Assembly: GCA_963787645.1 (NCBI GenBank)
Contig: CAWBDS010000005.1
Location: 56,749-120,748 of the forward strand
Source: an uncultured Actinomycetes bacterium
Lineage (GTDB): Bacteria > Actinomycetota > Actinomycetes > Streptosporangiales > Streptosporangiaceae
Length of the DNA: 64,000 nucleotides
Direction: 5' to 3'
Below the pieces are notes generated by a model, which saw nothing but the letters and a program-made list of their open reading frames with translations, searched no databases and was not told where the DNA came from. This document shows, piece by piece, positions 46,501 to 56,108 of the stretch. The translations under genes and the position numbers were made by a program. Each line of letters opens with the position of its first letter. Position 1 is the stretch's first letter.

Positions 46501-46860
46501 TCAGCCGGGATCGATGCCGTGGCTCTCCAGGTAGCGGGCCGCGATTGTCTTCGGCACCACCATGCACCAGGCGTCGATGAGCAGTTCGCGCAGCTCCTCG
46601 GGGTCCAGGGCCCGCAGCCGGGCCCGGACCCACTGATACCGCTCGTCGGCGCGCAGCGGCATCATGAACTTGGCCGGCTCGCTGGCCACCAGCGCGTCGC
46701 GCTCGTCCTTGGGGAAGCCGAACCCGAGCCGCTCCTCGTCCGCCGACACCGAGGCGTAGACCAGCCGGCCCACCCGGAACTTGGTGTTGTCGCCGATCAG
46801 GTGCTCGGTGGTGCGCGGCAGCGACATCGCTATCTGGCGCACGTCATCGAGGCTGGCCAT
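46501..46860 (-). CDS. MmcQ/YjbR family DNA-binding protein
   Basis: LPRTTEH......KFRVG.......S.......GF......R..L.......F........Y.WV...L pattern; 119 aa. Confidence 0.75.
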   Translation of the reverse strand: MASLDDVRQIAMSLPRTTEHLIGDNTKFRVGRLVYASVSADEERLGFGFPKDERDALVASEPAKFMMPLRADERYQWVRARLRALDPEELRELLIDAWCMVVPKTIAARYLESHGIDPG

Positions 46861-47050
46861 CTAACCGTCCAAGGACGCGTTCCGCGTTGGCGTGGAAGAC
46901 GAGGTCCATGACGGACTGATCGTAACCGAGTTCGTCCCACTCCCGCAGGATGCGCTCTTAGGGCAGGCTCGGGTGGTCGCTGCCGAACATGATCTTCTCG
47001 CGCAGCCGCCCCCGGATGTCGGTGCGCAGCGAGGGTGGGAAGTACTGCCG
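46861..47050 (-). pseudogene. C-terminal fragment of an amidohydrolase with an in-frame TAA
   Basis: ...REKIMFGSDHPSLP*ERILREWDELGYDQSVMDLVFHANAERVLGRL; the TAA is at 46948-46950. No N-terminal part is present. Confidence 0.55.
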
Positions 47051-48113
47051 AACCCGGACAGCGGCAGCGAATCCAGCACCTCGATCCGCTCCGGCAGCTT
47101 GAACCTGGCCATCTCGAACCCGGCCAGGAACGTCACCAGCTCGGCCAGCGACAAGGAAGACCCGGGGCGCAGCACCACGCAGGCGCACATCCGCTCCCCG
47201 AGCCGGATCCGGATACGGCACGCAGGCCACGTTGAGCACCGCTTCGTGGCCCAGGATGAGGTTCTCCGCCTCCTCGGGTCGGCCGCACGTCTCCCGGCGC
47301 ACCGCGGGCGGGTCGGACGAGCGCACGAACATGATCAGCCCCTCGGCCATGCCGAAGTTCTCCTGGATGAAGCAGCCGGGCAGGGCGCGCTCGGCGCGCA
47401 GCCGGACTTCGGGCTGCAGCCGCTGCCCGCCGCTCTGGATGACGCGCAGCGACGACAGGTCATAAGACGTGATCGACGGATCGTCGATCCAGCGGATCAG
47501 CAGCGCGGGCACCAGGTGGATGGGGGTGACCCGGTGCCGCTAGATGAGCTCGAACACGTCCCGCGGCCGGGTGCTGGTGCCGAGCACCACGGTCCCGCCG
47601 GACAGCAGGAAGCCCTGCAGGGCCGGGGCAGCCGAGCGGCAGGTTGTGCTCGATGACCAGCTCGTCCAGCGCCGCGCGGCTCGACCTGGGCGAGCGGGCG
47701 AGCAGGTCTTCCAGCCGCACGAAGCGCGGGTCGTTCGGCCGAAAATCAAGACCCTGGACCAGGCAGAGCCCGCAGGTCCGGGCGGTCGGTCAGGAGGTCG
47801 GCGGCCATGGCGGTGAAGTCGAAGCCGCGCGCGGCGGCCGGGACGGCCAGGCCACCGCGCCCGATATCGACGCGAACTGGCCGATCTCCCGCCCGCGGTG
47901 CCCGGGCAGGGCCAGCACCGGGCACGCCCCGATCCGCTGCAGCGCCAAGTACAGGTAGGCGAACCCGGCGGTGTTCGGCAGCTGGACGATGACCCGGTCC
48001 AGCGGGCGCAGGCCGAGATCCAGCAGCACCCGGGCCAGCCGCTCCGCGTGCTCGAAAAGCTCCCGGTAGCGCGCCGCGAACTCAGCCGGGACCGGCGTCA
48101 CTCCGTCAAGCAC
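47040..48113 (-). pseudogene. Decayed (2,3-dihydroxybenzoate)-AMP ligase (EntE/DhbE-like): several frame changes, stops and internal deletions
   Basis: Fragments in three frames: GVTPVPAEFAARYRE...DRVIVQLPN...ALQRIGACPVLALPGHR; FLLSGGT; LVPALLIRWIDDP..YDLSSLRVIQSGGQRL...FGMAEGL; CACVVLRPG..LSLAELVTFL...ARFKLPERIEVLDSLPL. Confidence 0.7.
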
Positions 48114-48219
48114 AGCGGACCCCGGGCGCCGACACGCGGCTAGCTTAACGCTCCGTTAATCTGCGCCCCGGGGCCAGGACTAGGCTGGAGACCGGCACTT
48201 CCGGGTAAAGGGGCTGTCG

Positions 48220-48474
48220 GTGGAGAAGGATGAGTCCTCGATCGGCTGCGTCGGCGTTCTCACTGTCGCCACCCGCGGCACCGTCGGCCCCGGCGAGGTG
48301 CACATCAAGATCCGCGGCGGCTCCGAGCTCTTCCTGGCCTGGTCGGACAAGCCGCTGCCTAAAGGTTCGACCGTTCTGGTCATCGACTCACGCGGAGCGC
48401 GGGCGGTCGATGTCATCGAGTGGGAGGACGCGCTCGGCGAGAGTCCGCGCCTTCCCGGCTTACGCTGTGCTTAG
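48220..48474 (+). CDS. NfeD-like C-terminal (OB-fold) domain protein
   Basis: G.V...GEV.I...G....AWSD..L..G..V.VID..GAR...V pattern. Sits directly upstream of a flotillin gene. Confidence 0.65.
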   Translation: MEKDESSIGCVGVLTVATRGTVGPGEVHIKIRGGSELFLAWSDKPLPKGSTVLVIDSRGARAVDVIEWEDALGESPRLPGLRCA

Positions 48475-48485
48475 GGAGATGAAGG

Positions 48486-49616
48486 ATGTTCGGTTACCGT
48501 GTTCCAGCGCCCGACGAGGCAATGCTGATTTCCGGCGGCAAGTACGGCATGAAGGGCTCGCCGTTCCGGGTGGTGATCGGCCACGGCGCGTTCGTCACCC
48601 CCGTTACCCGCAAGGTCCGCTATCTCACGCTGTCCATGCAGGAGGCCGAGGTCGCCGAGCAGTGCGTGACCAAGCAGGGCATCGCGCTGAACGTGCGCGC
48701 GGTGATCGCGTTCAAGGTCGGCAACGACGAGGAATCCATCGTCAACGCCGGCCAGCGCTTCCTGTCCGACCAGGACCAGATGTCGGTGCTGACCGGGCGG
48801 ATCTTCGCCGGCCACCTGCGCTCGATCATCGGCTCGATGACCGTCGAGGAGATCGTCACCGAGCGGCAGAAGCTGGCCAGCGAGGTGCTCGACGGGTCCA
48901 AGGCCGAGATGGGCACGATCGGGCTGATCGTGGACTCGCTGCAGATCCAGTCGATCGACGACCTGGGCGCCGGGTACATCGCCGCCATGGCCGCGCCGAA
49001 CAATGCCGCCATCCAGCGCCAGGCCAAGATCGCGCAGGCCCAGGCCGACCAGGCGGCGGCGGAGGCGCAGCAGGCGTCGGCGCGCAAGCAGGCCGAGTTC
49101 GCCAGGCAAACCTCCGTCGTGCAGGCCCAGTACAAGGGCGAGGTGGAACGGGCGCAGGCGGAGGCGGCCCAGGCGGGCCCGCTGGCCCAAGCGAACGCCC
49201 AGCTCGCGGTGATCAACGCCCAGGCCGAGCTGGCTCGCCAGCAGGCCGAGCTCCGGCAGCAGCAGCTGGTCTCCGAGGTGGTCAGGCCCGCCGAGGCCGA
49301 GGCCGAACGGGTCAGGATCCTGGCCAAGGCCGACGCCGAGCGGACCCGCATCCAGGCCGAGGCGGCCGCCTCGAACAACCGGGTGGCCCTGGACCAGCTG
49401 CTGATCAACCAGCTGCCGCTGATCGTCAAGGAGGCCGCGGCCGGCCTCGCGGGCGCCAACGTCAGCGTGCTGAACGGCGCGGACGGCCTGGGTGAGATCG
49501 TGGCCGGGCTGGTCAGCCAGGGGATGACCATCCTGGATTCGGTCCGCAAGGGCATGCCCGGCCAGGCCGAGGCCGACCGCCAGGCCCTCAATGGCCAGGC
49601 CGAGCCGCAGGCCTGA
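48486..49616 (+). CDS. SPFH/band-7 flotillin-like protein
   Basis: SPFH core (V.AV...KV.........A..RFL) followed by a long Ala/Gln/Glu coiled-coil (AQAQADQAAAEAQQA...). GGGAG RBS. Confidence 0.85.
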   Translation: MFGYRVPAPDEAMLISGGKYGMKGSPFRVVIGHGAFVTPVTRKVRYLTLSMQEAEVAEQCVTKQGIALNVRAVIAFKVGNDEESIVNAGQRFLSDQDQMSVLTGRIFAGHLRSIIGSMTVEEIVTERQKLASEVLDGSKAEMGTIGLIVDSLQIQSIDDLGAGYIAAMAAPNNAAIQRQAKIAQAQADQAAAEAQQASARKQAEFARQTSVVQAQYKGEVERAQAEAAQAGPLAQANAQLAVINAQAELARQQAELRQQQLVSEVVRPAEAEAERVRILAKADAERTRIQAEAAASNNRVALDQLLINQLPLIVKEAAAGLAGANVSVLNGADGLGEIVAGLVSQGMTILDSVRKGMPGQAEADRQALNGQAEPQA

Positions 49617-49663
49617 CGATTTGCTGACGCCTGGCCGGGTTTGTCATCCGGCCAGGCGCCGCC

Positions 49664-51553
49664 TTGCCTAGGCTCGCAGGCGTGACAGCTGCGCCCACGG
49701 TCCTGCCGGTCCGGGCGGACCCGCTGCAGCGGGCGCGCCCGCTCAGCGACCGCCGGACGGTGGCGCTCGCCGCCATGTACTACCTGCTGGCCGCGCTCGC
49801 GCTGACCCTGTGGCTGTGGCGGGACCCGGCCTCGCGGACGGTGGCGGGCAACCCCAACGACGCCGACCAGTTCGCCTGGTTCTTCCGCTACGACGCGGTG
49901 GCCGTCGCGCATTTCCACCTGCCCGCCCTGGTCACCACGGCGATGAACGCGCCGCAGGGCGTGAACGTCATGTGGAACACGTTCATGCTGCTGCCCGGGG
50001 TGCTGCTGGTGCCGTTGACGCTGGCGTTCGGTCCGCAGGTCAGCTTGGTTCTGTTGCTGACCATCGGCTTCGCCGGGTCGGCCACGGCCATGTTCGCGGT
50101 GCTGCGCCGCTGGCAGGTCAGCGTGGCCAGCGCGGCGCTCGGCGCGGCCGTCTACGGGTTCTCCCCGGCCCTGGTGCACTCGGCCATCGGCCACTACGAC
50201 CTGCAGTTCGCGGTGTTCCCGCCGCTGATCGTGGACGCCGTGCTCGGCCTGGCGGTAGGCCGGCTAAGCGTGCGCCGCGGCGGGTTGCGGCTCGGCGTGC
50301 TGGTCGCCACGCAGCTGTTCATCAGCGAGGAGCTGCTGTTCGGCGCCGGGCTGGCCGCGGCCCTGCTGCTGGCCGTGCTGGCTGTGAGCCGGCCGCGGGC
50401 CGCGGCAGGCCGGATCGGTGACCTGGCCCGCGGCCTGGGCCTGGCGGCCTGCGTGCTGGTCGTGCTGGCCGGGTATCCGCTGTGGGTCCAGTTCTTCGGC
50501 CCGCTGCGGCAGGCGGGCAGCCCGTTCACCCCCGACTTCTACAAGAACGACCTGTCCGGGTTCGTGGTCCCGTCCTCCTCCCTGCTGTTCCACACTGCGG
50601 GCAGCGCGGCCGAGGCGCTGCGCTACCAGGGCCAGCTGCCCGAGTACCTCGGCTACCTGGGCTGGCCGCTGATCGCGGTGCTGGCCGCCGGCGCGGTCCG
50701 GTTCTGGCGGCGGCTGCCGGTCCGGGCCTGCGCGGTGGCCTGCTTGGTCCTGATGGTGTTCTCCCTGGGCGGCACCCTGCTGGCCAGCGGGCACGAACAC
50801 GCCTGGCTCAAGCTGCCCTGGTACTGGCTGCAGAGCCTGCCCGTGCTCAGCGCCGCGCTGCCGGACCGGTTCTCGATCGTGGCCGACGGCGCGGCCGCCG
50901 CGCTGCTGGCCTGCTGCGTCGACGCGGCCGTCGCGGCGCTGCGGGCCTTCGCGGGCCGCCTGCCGCGGCTGGCCTCCGGGGCCTGGCCGGCTGTGGCGGT
51001 CCTGGGTGTCGCGGTGCTGGCCGTCCTGCCCATCGTGCCGCGGCCGCTGCCCGCGGTGGCCGCCACCCCGGTGCCGCCCGGCTGGTCGGCCACGCTGGCC
51101 ACGCTCGATCTGCCCGCCTCGGCCACCGTGCTCACCGTGCCGGTTCCGATGTCGACCTTCACCGAGCCGCTGCGCTGGCAGGCCGACACCGGCCAGCCGG
51201 GCACGCTGGTCGGTGGTTACTTCATGGGCCCGGCCGACAACGGGCGCGCCTACACCGACGGCAGCGGCCTGCCGCAGGCCGGCCGCTACCTCAACTTCTT
51301 GTGGGCCGAGTCCGGCGCCGGGCTGCCCGCCGCGCTGGCCAACGCCGTGCCGGCCAGCGCGGACCCGAGCTCGCCGGACTACGTGCGGATCGCGGCGGTC
51401 AGCCCGGGCGCGATGCGGGCCCAGATCGTCGCCTGGCACACCACCGCCGTGGTCGCGGTCACGCTGCGCGGCACGCCCTTGTACACCTACCTGGCCGCCC
51501 TGCTCGGGCCGCCCGCGGTGGTCATCGGCGACGTCATGGCCTGGCGCACCTGA
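49664..51553 (+). CDS. Polytopic membrane protein with a C-terminal extracytoplasmic domain (possible GT-C-type glycosyltransferase)
   Basis: About 12 hydrophobic segments, then a roughly 170-aa soluble tail. No family motif recognised with confidence. Start is TTG 49664 or GTG 49682. Confidence 0.55.
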   Translation: MPRLAGVTAAPTVLPVRADPLQRARPLSDRRTVALAAMYYLLAALALTLWLWRDPASRTVAGNPNDADQFAWFFRYDAVAVAHFHLPALVTTAMNAPQGVNVMWNTFMLLPGVLLVPLTLAFGPQVSLVLLLTIGFAGSATAMFAVLRRWQVSVASAALGAAVYGFSPALVHSAIGHYDLQFAVFPPLIVDAVLGLAVGRLSVRRGGLRLGVLVATQLFISEELLFGAGLAAALLLAVLAVSRPRAAAGRIGDLARGLGLAACVLVVLAGYPLWVQFFGPLRQAGSPFTPDFYKNDLSGFVVPSSSLLFHTAGSAAEALRYQGQLPEYLGYLGWPLIAVLAAGAVRFWRRLPVRACAVACLVLMVFSLGGTLLASGHEHAWLKLPWYWLQSLPVLSAALPDRFSIVADGAAAALLACCVDAAVAALRAFAGRLPRLASGAWPAVAVLGVAVLAVLPIVPRPLPAVAATPVPPGWSATLATLDLPASATVLTVPVPMSTFTEPLRWQADTGQPGTLVGGYFMGPADNGRAYTDGSGLPQAGRYLNFLWAESGAGLPAALANAVPASADPSSPDYVRIAAVSPGAMRAQIVAWHTTAVVAVTLRGTPLYTYLAALLGPPAVVIGDVMAWRT

Positions 51554-51725
51554 ATCCCGGGTGGAATGAATCCCCGGTCGCGCCTATTCCCCGGGCGCAC
51601 CCTTTCAGAGGCTGTTCTTAGGAAGAGCTGAGATTCATAGGGGTGGCAGAGGCGGGCCGGCAGGTCCTCATAGCCCGGTCGGGCACGGTAGAAGACGTAG
51701 CCAAGACCTACGTGAGGAGATAACG

Positions 51726-51905
51726 ATGACCTGGATGCTGCTGGACATACCGCTGATGGTCCTGTTCCTGGCCCTGATGACGGGCATCCCGCTATGGCTG
51801 GTGCTGCGTCACCCGGACCGCAAGCCGGCCGTGGCCGCCGCGCCCGCCATCACCCGCCTGCCCGAGCGCGAGCTGCAGGACGCCGGCTACCGCCGCGTCG
51901 CCTAA
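51726..51905 (+). CDS. Small single-pass membrane protein (59 aa; below the ORF-track cutoff)
   Basis: GAGGAGA-N5-ATG. Sequence MTWMLLDIPLMVLFLALMTGIPLWLVLRHPDRK...; high third-position G+C. Confidence 0.5.
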   Translation: MTWMLLDIPLMVLFLALMTGIPLWLVLRHPDRKPAVAAAPAITRLPERELQDAGYRRVA

Positions 51906-52040
51906 CCGCGTCATGCGGGCCGTACCGACGGCCCGGACGGCCAGCACCAGGCGGCCGCCCAGGCCGTCTTCGCGTTCGGGCTTCGTGTCCGGGTCAGGTC
52001 GCTCGCGCCGGCGCGGCCAGCGTTGTGAGAGGCTGCCCGG

Positions 52041-53291
52041 ATGCTGGCCTTCGGTGTCGTGTGCGTGGCGGCCGCGGTGGTCTGGGCCTACCTGGTCCTC
52101 GGGCACGGCGGCTACTGGCGGACCACCCAGTGGCTGCCGCCGGTCCCGGCCACTGCGGCGGGCGGCCCCGGCGCGGCGGCTGGCCCCGGCCGGTGGCCGG
52201 ACGTGGTGGCCGTCATCCCGGCCCGGAACGAGGCCGCCATGCTGCCGGTCGTGCTGCCCGCGCTGCTCGGCCAGGACTATCCCGGCGCGCTGACCGTCAT
52301 CGTGGTCGACGACTGCAGCACCGACGGCACATCCGAGGTCGCGGCCGCCTTCGGCCCCGAACCCGGCCACCCGCAGCGGGCGCTGAAGGTTGTGCCCGGC
52401 GCCCCGCTCCCGCCCGGCTGGGCGGGCAAGGTGTGGGCCATGGCCCAAGGCCTGGCCGCCGCCGGGGCCGAGGCCGGGGCCGGGGATCCGCAGTACGTGC
52501 TGTTCACCGACGCCGACATCGCCTGGGCGCGTCCCGGCGCGCTGCGGGACCTGGTCCGCGCGGCCGAGGCGGACAACCGGGACCTGACCTCGCAGATGGC
52601 GCTGCTGCGCACCGCGACCGGGTGGGAGCGGGTGGTGGTGCCCGCCTTCGTGTACTTCTTCGCTCAGCTCTACCCGTTCGCCCGGGTGAACTCGCCCCGG
52701 TCCCGGGTCGCGGCGGCGGCAGGCGGCTGCATGCTGGTCCGCCGCGCGGCCCTGGAGCGATCCGGCGGGCTGGCTCCGATCAGCGGCGCCCGCATCGACG
52801 ACGTGGCCCTCGGCCAGGTCATCAAGGGCCAGCGCGGCCGGTGCTGGCTGGGGCTGTCGACCGCGGTGGTCAGCGTGCGTCCCTACCCGCGGCTGGCCGG
52901 CCTGTGGCAGATGGTGGCCCGGTCGGCCTACATCCAGCTCCGCTACTCACCCGTGCTGCTGGCCGGGACCGTGGCCGGGCTGGCCTTCCTGTACCTGCTG
53001 CCGCCCGCCGGGGCCATTGCCGGGCTCGTGGCCCTGGCCGCCGGCGCCGGGGCCGGGAACGGCGCGGCGCTGACCGCGGCCGCGGGCCTGGCCGGCTGGG
53101 CCCTGATGTCGCTGACCTACCTGCCCATGCTGCGGCTGTACCGGCTGTCGCCGCTGCGCGCGCCGACCCTGCCGCTGATCGCCATGCTGTACGCCGCGAT
53201 GACCGTCGACTCGGCCCGGCGGCATTACGCCGGCCTGGGTGCGGAGTGGAAGGGCCGGACCGACCGCGCCCAGTTAGGCTGTGCTGCGTGA
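52041..53291 (+). CDS. Family 2 glycosyltransferase with flanking TM segments (HpnB-like)
   Basis: VIPARNEA..LP..L..LL.QDYPG...VIVVDD.STDGT, GWAGKVWA, TDADI. Confidence 0.8.
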   Translation: MLAFGVVCVAAAVVWAYLVLGHGGYWRTTQWLPPVPATAAGGPGAAAGPGRWPDVVAVIPARNEAAMLPVVLPALLGQDYPGALTVIVVDDCSTDGTSEVAAAFGPEPGHPQRALKVVPGAPLPPGWAGKVWAMAQGLAAAGAEAGAGDPQYVLFTDADIAWARPGALRDLVRAAEADNRDLTSQMALLRTATGWERVVVPAFVYFFAQLYPFARVNSPRSRVAAAAGGCMLVRRAALERSGGLAPISGARIDDVALGQVIKGQRGRCWLGLSTAVVSVRPYPRLAGLWQMVARSAYIQLRYSPVLLAGTVAGLAFLYLLPPAGAIAGLVALAAGAGAGNGAALTAAAGLAGWALMSLTYLPMLRLYRLSPLRAPTLPLIAMLYAAMTVDSARRHYAGLGAEWKGRTDRAQLGCAA

Positions 53292-54196
53292 CCCAGACCA
53301 ACGTGGCAGGAACCACTGTGAGCGGCACCAAGCTGTGGGCCGACGACCCGGAGGCGGCCTGGCGCCGGTACATCATCGCCGACGTGTTCACCGGCACCCC
53401 GCTCGAGGGCAACCCGCTCGCCGTCTTCCCGGACGGGCGCGGCCTGGGCGTCGACGTGATGCAGCGGATGGCCCGCGAGCTGAACCTGTCCGAGACGGTG
53501 TTTTTCCTGCCCGCGCAGGACGAAGGAGACGTCCAGGTGCGGATCTTCACCCCGGCGGACGAGCTGACCTTCGCCGGGCATCCGGTGCTGGGGTCGGCGT
53601 TCGTCCTGGGCGAGGCGCTGGGCACCGCGGCGCTGACCCTGGAAACCGGGGCCGGGCTGATCCCGGTAGCGCTGGAGCGCAAGCGCGGGCAGATCGTCTT
53701 CGGCCGGATGGAGCAGCCGGTCCCGGTGCCCGAGCCGTACGAAGAGGCCGGCGCGCTGCTGGCCGCGCTGGGCGTGCCGTCCTCCGGCCTGCCGGTCGAG
53801 GCGTACCGCAACGGGCCCCGGCACGTCTACGTCGAGCTGCCCAGCGAGGCCGAAGTAGCCGGCCTCTGGCCGGACCAGCGCGCGCTCGGCCACCTGCCCA
53901 TCGCGGTGAGCACCTTCGCCGGACAGGGCACGGCCTGGAAGACCCGGATGTTCTCGCCGTTCCACGGGGTGCCCGAAGACCCGGCCGCCGGCTCGGCGGC
54001 CGGACCGCTGGCCGTGCACCTGGCCCGGCACGGCCGGATCGGCTTCGGCCAGGAGATCGAGATCCGCCAGGGCGAGGAGACCGGCAGGCCCTCCCGGCTG
54101 TACGCGCGGGCCGAGGGTTCGGCCGACCAGGTGGAGCGGGTCCTGGTCGGCGGGTCCGCGGTCATCGTGGCCCGCGGCGAATACCGCCTCCGGTAG
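53288..54196 (+). CDS. PhzF-family isomerase-like protein
   Basis: DVFT...L.GNPLAVF, E.NLSETVF, RIFTP..E..FAGHP..G, RMF.P..GV.EDPA.GSAAGPL. GTG 53288 overlaps the GT2 stop. Confidence 0.8.
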   Translation: MTQTNVAGTTVSGTKLWADDPEAAWRRYIIADVFTGTPLEGNPLAVFPDGRGLGVDVMQRMARELNLSETVFFLPAQDEGDVQVRIFTPADELTFAGHPVLGSAFVLGEALGTAALTLETGAGLIPVALERKRGQIVFGRMEQPVPVPEPYEEAGALLAALGVPSSGLPVEAYRNGPRHVYVELPSEAEVAGLWPDQRALGHLPIAVSTFAGQGTAWKTRMFSPFHGVPEDPAAGSAAGPLAVHLARHGRIGFGQEIEIRQGEETGRPSRLYARAEGSADQVERVLVGGSAVIVARGEYRLR

Positions 54197-54282
54197 CCCG
54201 CGGCGAATACCGCCCTAACTAGCACAGCCGGCTTCGGATAAACCATGATGAGCGGTACCAGTCTCAGCAGAAAGGCAGTTAC

Positions 54283-55368
54283 GTGACGATCAGCGTTCAG
54301 GGCGTGGTGGCCCGCGGTAAGGGCGAGCCGGTGGAACTCACGACGGTTCTCGTGCCGGAGCCCGGGCCGGGCGAGGCGCTGGTCAACGTGCAGGCGTGCG
54401 GGGTGTGCCACACCGACCTGCACTACAAAGAGGGCGGCATCGGCGACGACTTCCCCTATCTGCTCGGGCACGAGGCAGCGGGCGTGGTCGAGGCGGTCGG
54501 CCCGGACGTAACCGACGTCGCGCCCGGCAACTTCGTCATCCTCAACTGGCGCGCGGTCTGCGGCCGCTGCCGGGCCTGCACCCGGGGCCGCCCGTGGTAC
54601 TGCTTCAGCACCCACAACGCCACCCAGAAGATGACTCTGGAGGACGGCACCGTGCTGTCCCCGGCCCTGGGCGTCGGCGCGTTCGCGGAAAAGACGCTGG
54701 TCGCCTCCGGCCAGTGCACCAAGGTCGACCCGGCCATCCCGGCCGCCACCGCGGGCCTGCTCGGCTGCGGCGTGATGGCGGGCATCGGCGCCGCGATCAA
54801 TACCGGCGGCGTGACCCGGGGCGACAGCGTGGCGGTGATCGGCTGCGGCGGCGTGGGCGACGGCGCGATCCTCGGCGCGGCGCTGGCCGGCGCCCGGACG
54901 ATCATCGCGGTCGACGTGGACGACCGGAAGCTGGAGTGGGCGCGGGAATTCGGCGCCACCGACGTGATCAACTCGCGCGAGACCGACCCGGTGGCCCGGA
55001 TCAGGGAGCTGACCGGCGGCAACGGCGCGGATGTGGTGGTCGAGGCCATCGGCCGGCCGCAGACCTACGAGCAGGCCTTCTACGCCCGCGACCTGGCCGG
55101 CACGGTGGTCCTGGTCGGCGTGCCGACCCCGGACATGCGGCTGGACCTGCCGCTGCTGGACGTGTTCGGCCGGGGCGGCGCGCTCAAGTCGTCCTGGTAC
55201 GGCGACTGCCTGCCCAGCCGCGACTTCCCGATGCTGGTCGACCTGCACCTGCAGGGCCGCCTGCCGCTGGACAAGTTCGTGTCCGAGACCATCGGGCTGG
55301 GCGACATCGAGGAGGCCTTCGCCAGGATGGGCCGCGGCGAGGTGCTGCGCAGCGTCGTGACCCTGTGA
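54283..55368 (+). CDS. mscR: S-(hydroxymethyl)mycothiol dehydrogenase (class III Zn-ADH)
   Basis: Near-colinear with M. tuberculosis Rv2259 as I recall it ([56 protein letters not shown]). Confidence 0.9.
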   Translation: MTISVQGVVARGKGEPVELTTVLVPEPGPGEALVNVQACGVCHTDLHYKEGGIGDDFPYLLGHEAAGVVEAVGPDVTDVAPGNFVILNWRAVCGRCRACTRGRPWYCFSTHNATQKMTLEDGTVLSPALGVGAFAEKTLVASGQCTKVDPAIPAATAGLLGCGVMAGIGAAINTGGVTRGDSVAVIGCGGVGDGAILGAALAGARTIIAVDVDDRKLEWAREFGATDVINSRETDPVARIRELTGGNGADVVVEAIGRPQTYEQAFYARDLAGTVVLVGVPTPDMRLDLPLLDVFGRGGALKSSWYGDCLPSRDFPMLVDLHLQGRLPLDKFVSETIGLGDIEEAFARMGRGEVLRSVVTL

Positions 55369-56108
55369 CCCCCGGGGAAGCCCGTATCGCGATGTGGTCG
55401 GGCCCGCGTACGGTGTCCACCGCACTGATGCGGGCCTGGGAGAACCGCCCCGACACCACGGTGACCGACGAACCCCTGTACGCCTTTTATTTGGACCGAA
55501 CGGACCTGCCTCACCCCGGCCGGGACCAGGTCATCGCCAGCCAGCCGACCGACTGGCGGGTGGTCCTGGCCCGGCTGACGGGTGACCCGCTGCCGCCCGG
55601 GGTGCGGATCAGCTACGCCAAGCACATGACGCACCACCTGCTGCCCGAAGTCGACCGGGCCGCCCTGGCCCCGTTGCGGCACGCTCACCTGATCCGGGAC
55701 CCGCGCGAGCTGCTCGCCTCCTACGCCCGGGTGCGCACCGAGCCGACCCTGGACGACCTGGGCCTGCGGCAGCAGGCCGAGATCTTCGATACGTTCGGCG
55801 GGCCGGTGGTGGATTCCCGCGACCTGCTCACCGACCCCTCGGGCATGCTGCGTGCCTTGTGCCGGGCCCTGGACGTGCCGTTCGACGACGCGATGCTGGC
55901 CTGGCCGCCCGGCCCGCGGGACAGCGACGGCGTGTGGGCGCCGTACTGGTACGACAGCGTGCACGCGTCCACCGGGTTCGCCGCCTACCGGCCGCCGGCT
56001 GCGCCGCTGCCCGCTCGCCTCGAACCACTGGCCGAACGATGCCGGCCCTACTACGAGCGCCTCTACCAGTACCGACTGTCCGGAGCGCATGATGCTGCAG
56101 AGTTATGA
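55365..56108 (+). CDS. Sulfotransferase-like (P-loop) protein of unknown function
   Basis: MWSGPR..STA.MR....R.DT.V.DEP.YA.YL, KHMTHH, LIRDP......Y, DG.WA.YWY..V..STGF. Start is GTG 55365 or ATG 55392. Confidence 0.6.
   Translation: MTPGEARIAMWSGPRTVSTALMRAWENRPDTTVTDEPLYAFYLDRTDLPHPGRDQVIASQPTDWRVVLARLTGDPLPPGVRISYAKHMTHHLLPEVDRAALAPLRHAHLIRDPRELLASYARVRTEPTLDDLGLRQQAEIFDTFGGPVVDSRDLLTDPSGMLRALCRALDVPFDDAMLAWPPGPRDSDGVWAPYWYDSVHASTGFAAYRPPAAPLPARLEPLAERCRPYYERLYQYRLSGAHDAAEL

Noticed and set aside
44740-50194. Long antisense ORFs 44740..46911 (+) and 48620..50194 (-).
   Set aside because: They lie opposite the well-supported DUF885/YjbR and flotillin/membrane-protein genes and have no motifs. 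They are high-G+C shadows.
54171-54222. 26-bp tandem duplication at the phzF-family gene end (cccgcggcgaataccgcc + 8 nt, twice, each ending in TAG).
   Set aside because: The first copy ends the gene at its TAG stop, so the second copy lies in non-coding sequence immediately downstream. It looks like a trivial slippage duplication with no evident function.
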